Shown here: piece by piece, positions 47,992 through 64,000 of the stretch
How the letters are laid out: each line of letters opens with the position of its first letter
Position numbering within the stretch: position 1 is the stretch's first letter
NCBI GenBank assembly: GCA_002269645.1
Contig: NIVC01001530.1
Coordinates: 62,001 to 126,000 of the forward strand
Length of the DNA stretch: 64,000 bases
Reading direction: 5' to 3'
DNA from: Macrostomum lignano
Taxonomy: Eukaryota
Notes under the pieces: generated by a model
The model's input: only the letters and a program-made list of their open reading frames with translations
Databases searched by the model: none
What the model was told of the DNA's origin: nothing
Program-made: the position numbers and the translations under genes

Positions 47992-50900
47992 TCACGAGAT
48001 TGGCGTTCCACCGAAGCCGCCGCCAGCCATGTACATGCCGGGAGGCGGGATCGAGTCTGGCGCCAGCGCGCCTGACAGCGGAGGCGGCGGCGCGGCGCTG
48101 GCGCGCAATTGGCGCCGGACTTCGTAGTCGAGATAGTTCTGACCATACTGTTGCTGCTGCTGCAGCGGCAGCGGCGGCAAAGGTCGATAAACATTCCTTA
48201 CTCCGCCGGCGTTGGAGTAAAAATTAGCAGTAGCAGCAGCAGCGGCAGAGGGACCGGCTAAAGAGTGGCGGTGGGCAGCTTGCTGCTGCTGCTGCTGGGG
48301 AGAGAAGCCTATTGAAGATCGCAGATGGAAATCTTTTGGTAACTTTCAAATTTAACTACATGTACTGTTTTCGCTACTGGAAGTAGGCGATTGACGAAAC
48401 TAACTTTTATTTAAATATGCATTTTATCAGTCATTAATTGATTTGAATAGAATTAAGCAGTTAAACGAAAAGTAGTCGCATTGTTTTATTTCAACAAATC
48501 TTTTAAGTCGGGTTAAATTCAATACAATACGCTCGCAGTTTTAAGTACGTCACCACTTCCTTGAGTCATAACCCTTCAGTGGGTCACCCCATTACCCCAT
48601 GAGTCATGACCCTTCAGTGGGTCACCCCATTACCCCATGAGTCATGACCCTTCAGTGGGTCACCCGCTACCTCATGAGTCATGGGTTTCTGTGGGTCGCC
48701 CGCTACCCTATGAGTCATGGCCCTTTAGTAGGTCACCCCATGAGTCATGGCCCTTTAGTAGGTCACCCCATGAGTCATGGCCCTTTAGTAGGTCACCCCA
48801 TGAGTCATGGCCCTTTAGTGGGTCACCGCATTAGTCATGGCCCTTTAGTAGGTCACCCCATGAGTCATGGCCCTTTAGTGGGTCACCGCATTAGTCATGG
48901 TCTTTCAGTGCGTCACCCCACCAACCCAATGAGTCATGACCCTTCAGTGGGTCACCCCACTACCCTATGACCCTTCAGTGGGTCACCCCACTACCCCTAT
49001 GAGTCATGGCTCTTCAGTGGATCACTGCGAGACCCAATCAAAATGTTGTTAAAACAAATCCTCAAGTAGACATGAGATTACAAAGTTTAGTAATTTAGTA
49101 AGATAAAAGTAAGATAAACAAACTGAGCAGACTCATTTAATAATTCTGACTTACCTCCTACAGCCTGAGCAGAGTTGGCTGTTGCACCTGGAGCACCGGA
49201 TCCTTGGCCTCCGATGGCCGCCGCCGCAGGCTGTCCGAACTTGAGCATATTCCAATCGAACACGTCATCGTAAGTGAATCCCTCTCGATGGAACAGATTC
49301 CTAAACAGCTGTCTAGCGTAGCTATAATCCGGCTTATCTTCGAATCGCAGAGATCGACAATAATTCAAATAGGTGGCAAACTCTGCCTGATAATTCTGGC
49401 ACAGAGTTTCAACTGGGGTTTGCATCTTTTTCTCGCTAATCCGCTCGTACTTTTGACGCTTTGTAGCGGCTTTCAGACCCTGCCAGGGTAGGATACCGCG
49501 CAGGAAGTACATGAACACGTAGCCTAGGGACTCCATGTCGTCTCGGCGGGCTTGCTCTGTGAATGGGGTGAGATTTCGGGTGAGACTGTTGGATTATGGT
49601 AGGTGAGACCTCGGAGGAGACTGTTGGATTATGGTAGGTGAGACTCTGGGTGAGACTGTTGGATTATGGTAGGTGAGACCTCGGGGGAGACTGTTGGATT
49701 ATGGTAGGTGAGACTCTGGGTGAGACTGTTGGATTATGGTAGGTGAGACTCTGGGTGAGACTGTTGGATTATGGTAGGTGAGACTCTGGGTGAGACTGTT
49801 GGATTATGGTAGGTGAGACCTCGGGGGAGACTGTTGGATTATGGTAGGTGAGACTCTGGGTGAGACTGTTGGATTATGGTAGGTGAGACCTCGGGGGAGA
49901 CTGTTGGATTATGGTAGGTGAGACTCTGGGTGAGACTGTTGGATTATGGTAGGTGAGACCTCGGGGGAGACTGTTGGATTATGGTAGGTGAGACTCTGGG
50001 TGAGACTGTTGGATTATGGTAGGTGAGACCTCGGAGGAGACTGTTGGATTATGGTAGGTGAGACTCTGGGTGAGACTGTTGGATTATGGTAGGTGAGACC
50101 TCGGAGGAGACTGTTGGATTATGGTAGGTGAGACTCTGGGTGAGACTGTTGGATTATGGTAGGTGAGACCTCGGGGGAGACTGTTGGATTATGGTAGGTG
50201 AGACTCTGGGTGAGACTGTTGGATTATGGTAGGTGAGACCTCGGGGGAGACTGTTGGATTATGGTAGGTGAGACTCTGGGTGAGACTGTTAAATTATGGT
50301 AGGTGAGACCTCGGAGGAGACTGTTGGATTATGGTAGGTGAGACTCTGGGTGAGACTGTTGGATTATGGTAGGTGAGACCTCGGAGGAGACTGTTGGATT
50401 ATGGTAGGTGAGACTCTGGGTGAGACTGTTGGATTATGGTAGGTGAGACCTCGGGGGAGACTGTTGGATTATGGTAGGTGAGACTCTGGGTGAGACTGTT
50501 GGATTATGGTAGGTGAGACCTCGGGGAGACTGTTGGATTATGGTAGGTGAGACTCTGGGTGAGACTGTTGGATTATGGTAGGTGAGACCTCGGGGAGACT
50601 GTTGGATTATGGTAGGTGAGACTCTGGGTGAGACTGTTGGATTATGGTAGGTGAGACTCTGGGTGAGACTGTTGGATTATGGTAGGTGAGACTCTGGGTG
50701 AGACTGTTGGATTATGGTAGGTGAGACCTCGGGGGAGACTGTTGGATTATGGTAGGTGAGACTCTGGGTGAGACTGTTGGATTATGGTAGGTGAGACCTC
50801 GGGGGAGACTGTTGGATTATGGTAGGTGAGACTCTGGGTGAGACTGTTGGATTATGGTAGGTGAGACCTCGGGGGAGACTGTTGGATTATGGTAGGTGAG

Positions 50901-53784
50901 ACTCTGGGTGAGACTGTTGGATTATGGTAGGTGAGACCTCGGAGGAGACTGTTGGATTATGGTAGGTGAGACTCTGGGTGAGACTGTTGGATTATGGTAG
51001 GTGAGACCTCGGGGGAGACTGTTGGATTATGGTAGGTGAGACTCTGGGTGAGACTGTTGGATTATGGTAGGTGAGACCTCGGGGGAGACTGTTGGATTAT
51101 GGTAGGTGAGACTCTGGGTGAGACTGTTGGATTATGGTAGGTGAGACCTCGGGGGAGACTGTTGGATTATGGTAGGTGAGACTCTGGGTGAGACTGTTGG
51201 ATTATGGTAGGTGAGACTCTGGGTGAGACTGTTGGATTATGGTAGGTGAGACTCTGGGTGAGACTGTTGGATTATGGTAGGTGAGACCTCGGGGGAGACT
51301 GTTGGATTATGGTAGGTGAGACTCTGGGTGAGACTGTTGGATTATGGTAGGTGAGACCTCGGGGGAGACTGTTGGATTATGGTAGGTGAGACTCTGGGTG
51401 AGACTGTTGGATTATGGTAGGTGAGACCTCGGGGAGACTGTTGGATTATGGTAGGTGAGACTCTGGGTGAGACTGTTGGATTATGGTAGGTGAGACCTCG
51501 GAGGAGACTGTTGGATTATGGTAGGTGAGACTCTGGGTGAGACTGTTGGATTATGGTAGGTGAGACCTCGGAGGAGACTGTTGGATTATGGTAGGTGAGA
51601 CTCTGGGTGAGACTGTTGGATTATGGTAGGTGAGACCTCGGGGGAGACTGTTGGATTATGGTAGGTGAGACTCTGGGTGAGACTGTTGGATTATGGTAGG
51701 TGAGACCTCGGGGAGACTGTTGGATTATGGTAGGTGAGACTCTGGGTGAGACTGTTGGATTATGGTAGGTGAGACCTCGGAGGAGACTGTTGGATTATGG
51801 TAGGTGAGACTCTGGGTGAGACTGTTGGATTATGGTAGGTGAGACCTCGGAGGAGACTGTTGGATTATGGTAGGTGAGACTCTGGGTGAGACTGTTGGAT
51901 TATGGTAGGTGAGACCTCGGGGGAGACTGTTGGATTATGGTAGGTGAGACTCTGGGTGAGACTGTTGGATTATGGTAGGTGAGACCTCGGGGGAGACTGT
52001 TGGATTATGGTAGGTGAGACTCTGGGTGAGACTGTTGGATTATGGTAGGTGAGACCTCGGGGGAGACTGTTGGATTATGGTAGGTGAGACTCTGGGTGAG
52101 ACTGTTGGATTATGGTAGGTGAGACCTCGGGGGAGACTGTTAAATTATGGTGGGTAAGATTCCGGGTGAGACTGTTGGATTATGGTAGGTGAGATTCCGG
52201 GTGAGATGTTGGATGATGGTGGGTGAGATTCCGGGTGAGAGACCACTAGATTTTGGAGTGAGATATTAGGTGAGAGACCACTAGATTCTGGGGTGAGAGA
52301 CTAGATTCTGAAGTGAGATTACGGGTGAAACTACTAGATTTTGAAGTGAGATTACGGGTGAGACTACTAGATTTTGGAATGAGATTACGGGTGAGACTAC
52401 TAGATTTTGGAGTGAAATCAATCGGACACACTCACCAATGCCAAGATGGGTGTTAACGCTAGCATATCTGGCAGTTCCAGTGAGGTTCTTATTCTCCCTG
52501 TATGGAATGTGCTGGTGAGTCCTGGCGTCTCTGTACTTCTTGGCCAAACCAAAGTCGATGATGTACACCAGATTGCCTTTCTTACCGAGGCCCATGAGGA
52601 AGTTGTCCGGCTTAACGTCTCTGCGAGTGACAAAATAAGTAAATTGTCTGATTTTTATATTCTCGATATCAGCTACACATGGTACCTAGGAATTTGAACT
52701 CAAGAAAAAGTTAAAACGAAATTCATTCCTAAGAGAGCTTGGAATTCATTTCTAAACTGTGGTGTCTCAAAGGAGATTTTGATACCGAACTGAGTGGGAT
52801 TCTAATCCCAAGATTCCCTATGATTCTTATCCAAAAGTGGGATTCTGATCCTAAACTGGGATTCTGATCTCGACCTGGGATTCTGATCCTTACCTGGGAT
52901 TCTGATACTAAACTGGGATTCTGATCCTAAACTGGGATTCTGATCCTTACCTGGGATTCTGATACTAAACTGGGATTCTGATCTCGAACTGGGATTCTGA
53001 TCCTTACCTGGGATTCTGATACTAAACTGGGATTCTGATCCTAAACTGGGATTCTGATCCTTACCTGGGATTCTGATACTAAACTGGGATTCTGATCTCA
53101 AACTGGGATTCTGATCCGAACCTGGGATTCTGATACTAAACTGGGATTCTGATCTCGAACTGGGATTCTGATCTCAAACTGGGATTATGATCCTAGACCT
53201 AACCTGGGATTCTTATCCTAAACTGGGATTCTGATCCTAAACTGAGATTCTGATCCTAAACTGGGATTCTGATCCGAACCTGGGATTCTTATCCCAAACT
53301 GTGATTCCGATCCTAACCTGGGATTATGATCCCAAATTGTGGAACTTCAACAAACATAAAGAGAATATCAATAATGAAAATCATGACTAAGCAGAATTTC
53401 TCACCTGTGAATGAAGTTCTTGCTGTGAATAAATTCAATTCGATTCAACAACTGATCGGCCAACAACAGTACAGTCTTCAGTTTAAATTTTCTACCACAA
53501 AAGTTAAACAAATCTTCCAGACTGGGGCCCAGCAGCTCAAGCACCATCACATTGTAGTCACCTTCTGTGCCACACCATTTCACAACGGGCACGCCAACTC
53601 CGCCTTGCATGAGCTTGTAGATTTTGCTCTCAATATGCAACTGAGGATGCTTAGTGCGCACGCACTCCAGCTTAATAGCAACCTCCTCCCCATTAGTAAT
53701 ATCAGTGCCCAAGTAGATGTCGCCAAATGAGCCGCTGCCAATCTTTCTACCCAGCCGGTATCTGTTGCCAACGCGTAGTTCCAT
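47992..53784 (-). CDS. CSNK1D: Casein kinase 1 delta/epsilon (doubletime-like), 4 exons: 53784-53405, 52620-52436, 49556-49155, 48308-47992; 427 aa as spliced
   Basis: [26 protein letters not shown]...FIHR|[10 protein letters not shown]...ASVNTHLGI|[12 protein letters not shown]...FDWNMLK, then an A/G/Q/P-rich tail; all introns GT-AG with consistent phases (total 1,284 nt). Delta vs epsilon cannot be distinguished in an invertebrate. Confidence 0.96.
48560..49030. repeat. 30-bp minisatellite in CK1 intron 3 (ATGAGTCATGGCCCTTTAGTAGGTCACCCC)
   Basis: Directly visible. Confidence 0.93.
49565..52410. repeat. 35-bp minisatellite with an A/B alternating 70-bp higher-order unit filling CK1 intron 2
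   Basis: GAGACTGTTGGATTATGGTAGGTGAGAC + TCTGGGT (A) or CTCGG(G/A)G (B), about 75 monomers; degenerate related units from ~52200-52410. Confidence 0.98.
52795..53340. repeat. 19-bp minisatellite in CK1 intron 1 (ACTGGGATTCTGATCCTAA)
   Basis: Directly visible. Confidence 0.95.
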
Positions 53785-54492
53785 ATATTAATTATGATTT
53801 AGCAGAGATTGACAAAGGTCGAATAGATGCTAACCTTCTAGGTTAGCTACTTGTGTACCTTATTAGTAGCAATTAGGGAGTTTTTCTACGAAAATATTCT
53901 TGTATCAACAAAATTTTAGTTGACTTTTTTGTCTGAAATGAAAAATCATTTAAATTAGGTTTTAGGCAATGTAATTTAAATGTAAGCTTTAAGTATCTTT
54001 TTGTACAAATTGCATTTTAGCCCTTTTTGCATTATTAGCTAATGAAAAAATATGAATACTGAGCCTGCATTAAATTTCCATCAAAAAAGGCTAGAGCCAA
54101 TAGTCATCAAAGAGGAGATCAAGTCTGTATATTCTACATCTTCCTTCAGGATAACCCCACAATTGATAGCTGGCTATTGGCACTAAATAGGAAAAAAAAT
54201 GATAGTTATTAAGCTCCTTGATAAGGATTGATAAATCTAGTGGCCACAATTGCATACACTGTGGAATATCTCATCTAGGTCAATGAATAAGAGAGATCTT
54301 GCATTAAATCCTAGGGTACAATAATATTAATGCCTAATGAATATCCCAAATGCTTTATAAGATCACAAGCAGAACTAGCTTAGCTCTTGCTAGCTCTATA
54401 ATCAGATTTAAGAAACAAATCATAACTATAGCTAAGTGCTAGATCACTATTTGACCTTGAGTCTACACAAGACTCCATAGAGTAGCAATGCC

Positions 54493-54820
54493 TTAGAGAA
54501 GACCCCCCCCCATACATGCGCAACCTCCAAAATTTGGTCGGCCATGCGACTTAGTCTTAACAAAAATGCAACGTAGTTTTTGGCCAAAAATGCGACTTAC
54601 ATGTAAAAAAACCCTAAAGCAAAATTAACGCTACTTTGGGTAAACGGCAGGAGTAATTATGACTGTCTTATAAATCAAAATGCCTCGTCAGCTACTTAGT
54701 AGTACTACTTTAGTATTTTTTTGGGTGGGCATTTTTGCGACTTCTTTGATTGGCCGCCAAATTGCTCGGCCAGATTGGCTGACTTGGCCAACTGTTGCGC
54801 ATGTATGAGGCCCCCTCCTA
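54493..54820. mobile_element. MITE (about 330 bp) carrying the same 28S-rRNA-like module
   Basis: TIR core CATACATGCGCAAC (54511-54524) / GTTGCGCATGTATG (54794-54807); internal ~54590-54700 is homologous (inverted) to ~39475-39590. Confidence 0.6.
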
Positions 54821-56026
54821 CAAGTTCAAGCAGTCTGAGTCAACTGGCAAGATCTTGGACTATTTCTTCTAGGACTATCAAGGGATCTTGATTTGGCAAA
54901 TATTTGCCCATAGGACATACCATTATAAATGTTTAATAGGCCAACTTTGTTAGGCAATTGTCTAGAAAAGGTGGGGGAAGCTAGCAAGCCTTGCTCTTTG
55001 CTACTCCACAACAATACCCCAACTTATAATGCCTGGTTACAATGAATGCTATTACTATTGCAAGGTTCAAAATCTTCCTTCCTCTCCTATATAGCCTATT
55101 TATTAGACCTAAATCTTTCCAATTTTCATGAGTTGAAAGATTAAAATAATAATAGACCAACCTTTGTTGATTATTTTTTCATATTTAGAATATTTTGAAA
55201 TGTTAAATCTGATATTAACATTTGAAATATAAAATAAAAATGCTTAATTGAAAAAATATAGATATAGTACTAACTAGATATAAAGGCTTTAGACTTGCAA
55301 TAATGTAGTCATAGTTATTCTTACTATTACTCTAAAATTGTTAATTTTGCTATTATCTTTGTTGTTACCTTTCTTAGGTAAATCTCTTTTTTCGTCAAAA
55401 AGTAAATTTCATGGCTAGACCTAATATAAATCAAGTCAATTGCACTTGCACATGCATGAGTTTATGCATATGATATATGTTTTATTTAGGAATATTTCAA
55501 TAATCTAGAATAGACCAGGGCATAAGCTAGATTAGAGATAAACTAAACTAGATTAAAAACTAGATTAGATTAGAATTAGATTAGACTAGGCCTAGATTTC
55601 AAATCCAATTGAATTTGACTTAAAATTTTAACTAGAAAAACCTTGGAAAAAACCTTATATCTAGAAAACTGGCAATCTTCAAGTTTCGTTCTTTAAATTA
55701 TTTTTTCAATGATTTCTGAACTATCTTGCTCTGAGATGATTATTTTTGAGCTCTCCAGTGTACCCAGCCCTTTCCTAGTTGAGAAAGTAGCAGTTTTGTT
55801 AATATTATATATCTAATGTATCGTAAAGCCATTGGTAGGCAAAGGAATGTCTATGGCCCATATTACGGTAACGTAATGATGACGTGGCTTTTACTAACGT
55901 GGCATTTTAGCAAAGAACGTCTATGGGGAATAAAGATGCTACTGTACGCAGCTTTAGGAGTGGCATGGAGTAATATCATAAGCAGTTAATAGACAAGCAG
56001 CTAATACACTATAAGACTAATACACT

Positions 56027-56980
56027 ATGGCAGGACAACCAGCGGCACCCACTTTTATTGTACCAGTAGCACAAGTGCAACCAGCTGCAGCTTTGTGCGA
56101 TATCACCTTGACAATGCGAGAACTGGCTGTGATTATGGCAACAACAAGGGATACCATGAATTGGATGGCCAACAAATACCATCTAATTGCCAACCAGCAA
56201 GTGTGTGCCAATTGTCTGGCCACTCAACTTCGGCTGCAGCTCCGTCAAGGTGACCACTTTACTGACGGCTACGCTTGGGCTTGCACCAACTGCCATGCGC
56301 AGGTGTCTATCTGAAAGGGGTCCTTTTTTGAACAGAGTCACCTCAAGCTATGTCAGCTACTGGACCTCATCCACTGGTGGGCGACAGAAGCCAGGCAGCA
56401 TGAGTGCGCACGTCAAGCCTAGGTCAGTCCCCAGTCTACGGTTGACTGGTAGAACTTCATCAGGGATGTCTGTGCCCAATACCTATTGGACCATCCGATG
56501 CAGCTTGGTGGTGCTGGCCGGGATGTAGAAGTGGACGAGTTGTACTTCTTCCATCGTAAGTACCACCAGGGTGCACATTGGCGAGGCTAATGGGTGTTGG
56601 GCATGGTTGAGCGTGGTTCCAGGAAGGCAACCCTAGTTGCTGTGCCCAACAGGACAGCTGCCACACTACTGCCAATCATCCAGCAGTATGTGCTTCCTAG
56701 TACATGGATTATTACCAACGGCTGGCAGGCTTATGGCCAACTGCAGAACCATGTGGTGGTGAACCACCAATTGGCCTTCGTGAACCCTCTAGACCCAACT
56801 GTACATACGAACCTAATCGAGGGCACCTAGGCACATTGCAAGGCCAAGCTAAGGGCAATGCACAGTACATCATAGGCCCTGTTTGAAACCTACCTGGATG
56901 AGTTCATATGGCACCATCTGCACCCTGTCAATCCATTTGGGAACATCCTATACTAGATCGCACATTACTATAATGTTTAA
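56027..56980 (+). pseudogene. Merlin (IS1595/ISXO2-like DDE) transposase pseudogene
   Basis: One 318-codon frame: CxxC motifs, KGSFFEQSHL, VEVDELYFFHRKYHQG, WVLGMVERGS, VPNRTAATLLPIIQQYVLP, VNHQLAFVNP..VHTNLIEG, YLDEFIW; 7 internal stops; TIRs not resolved. Confidence 0.9.
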
Positions 56981-58393
56981 GCATTGAGTTCTATGTGCTA
57001 AACTGTTGCTACTGAACTGGACTGCTACTACTGCCCCTGTTGTACCCCACTGTGTTACTATTTCTGTCTGTTTGTACTCAGTGTTACATGTTAGCTTTGC
57101 TTGTTTGCATCTTATATTTCCAGCTTTATGGTACCTTAGAGGTTAATATTAACAAAGCTGCTACTTTCTCAACTAGGAAAGGGCTGGGTACACTGGAGAG
57201 CTCGAAAATAATCATCTCAAAGCAAGATAGTTCAGAAATCATTGAAAAAATAATTTAACAAACAAAACTTGAAGATTGCCAGAAAACCTCTTATAGAAAA
57301 AACCTCATTATGGAAAAATCCTAGCAAGGAAATCTTAGTAAGAAAATATGATTAGGAAAACCTTGCTATAGCTTATAGCATATAGATATAGGAAAAACTT
57401 ATGCAAGAAAACTTCATGGCAGAAAAGCTTGTGCGAGCAAAGCTTAATAGGAAAACTTTTTATAGGAAATTCTAATAATACCAATGGCAATAGTAATATC
57501 ATTTTTAATAGATATAAAAAAATATTTTTATAGATATAGAAAGCTAGGCCTAGGTTTTTGTATGTAGAATATATAGCCTATATCCTATGGCACCTTGAAT
57601 TTTGAAATCTAGGCCCCCCTATGCTAAAATTAAAAAGTGGATACAGTTTAAGTGTAGTCTTATAACCAATTTTTCTAATTCATTTTAAGCCTTAGACCTA
57701 TTTGCATTTGATTTAAAAATCTAGCAATATTATTTGGCAGTCATGGCTAATGACTAGGCCTATGTTAATATCATGTAATGTATAGCAGTATAGGGGCCTA
57801 GTAGGCCTACAAGTAACTTTTGTGATGAAAAAAATTGAATTGGAAGTGGGGTGGGTCAAATATAAAAAACAATGTAGGCCTGGCTAGGCACAGTATTAAA
57901 TTAAATGTAAAATTTGCATGTTGCAAACTGTGCTACACTAAGCCCTAACTACACTGTCCTGTAAGTCTGTAACCTGTTGTAAAATTTGGGCAGTCTGGCA
58001 GTCGCAGTCAGTGAGTCTGAGTCTGTCTGACTGCATCTGGCAGTCAGACTGTATAGCATGCATAGTCTCAACATTGCAGCTTTCTTTATTCCATCGAAAA
58101 ATCGAAACTTCACAATGCACTAAAATACCGTTGGAAGAGATAGAGGATAGAGCCTCTGTAATGTTCGGCTAGGCCCCTCCTCTAGGCCTATACTAATCAC
58201 TGTGTTATTGTGACTTAAAGATGTAAATCGATGACTTTGTTCGCTGATGAACAAAAAGCCTTTCTTATATACTGTGTTATTTTTACTCTAATTTTAAAAA
58301 GTAATTATACAGAAATGACAACAAATTTTACAATTTTTTTAAGGAAAATGTAGTTGTTTGTTTTCATAACAGTTTTTATTTGTTTTACATCAT

Positions 58394-58407
58394 GTTTTCA
58401 TAGCAAC
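58394..58407 (+). promoter_or_regulatory. RFX X-box candidate upstream of CFAP52
   Basis: GTTTTCATAGCAAC fits GTHNYY-AT-RRNAAC and ends 110 bp before the ATG of a ciliary gene. Confidence 0.65.
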
Positions 58408-58517
58408 AGTATTGATGGTGGCTTCAAAACAGAACGTGAATGTATATTTTTCCACAATCCGCCTGTCGCCTGATTTTATATACATGCTAAAAAATACAAA
58501 ATAGTTGTCGAATAGAA

Positions 58518-64000
<5,483 letters not shown>

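Noticed and set aside
56027-56980. Bacterial IS1595 contamination or horizontal transfer
   Set aside because: Embedded in eukaryotic sequence between intron-containing genes; the eukaryotic Merlin superfamily explains it

Overview
Eukaryotic (animal) genomic DNA, probably a lophotrochozoan invertebrate. A macrostomid-type flatworm is my unverified guess from style (Q/A-rich GC-rich exons, minisatellite-stuffed introns). Host genes: the 3' coding exon of a sex-peptide/MIP-receptor-like class A GPCR (+), a 9-finger C2H2 protein (-), a complete 4-exon casein kinase 1 delta/epsilon gene (-), and the first 7 exons of CFAP52/WDR16 (+) with an RFX X-box upstream. There is also a possible unidentified spliced gene (-) at the left edge. 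The centre (21,647-40,605) is one hAT transposon, defined by TIRs and an exact 8-bp TSD, swollen to about 19 kb by nested insertions: a Helitron, two CCC...GGG/2-bp-TSD (CMC/EnSpm-like) elements, hAT MITEs and others. Two mariners, two abutting Tc1/mariner-type MITEs and a Merlin (IS1595-like) transposase relic lie outside it. Most long ORFs in the supplied track are artefacts of tandem repeats. The most unusual signals: (1) patchy RIP-like CpA/CpG-to-TpA hypermutation of transposon DNA (CpG deserts, at least 20 TAGGCCTA octamers, a Merlin frame with 7 transition-type stops and no frameshift); (2) a 28S rRNA H69-H71/R2-target-like module carried by two different MITE families; (3) exons flanked by mutually complementary repeat arrays. 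All coordinates and counts were read by eye; no searches were run.
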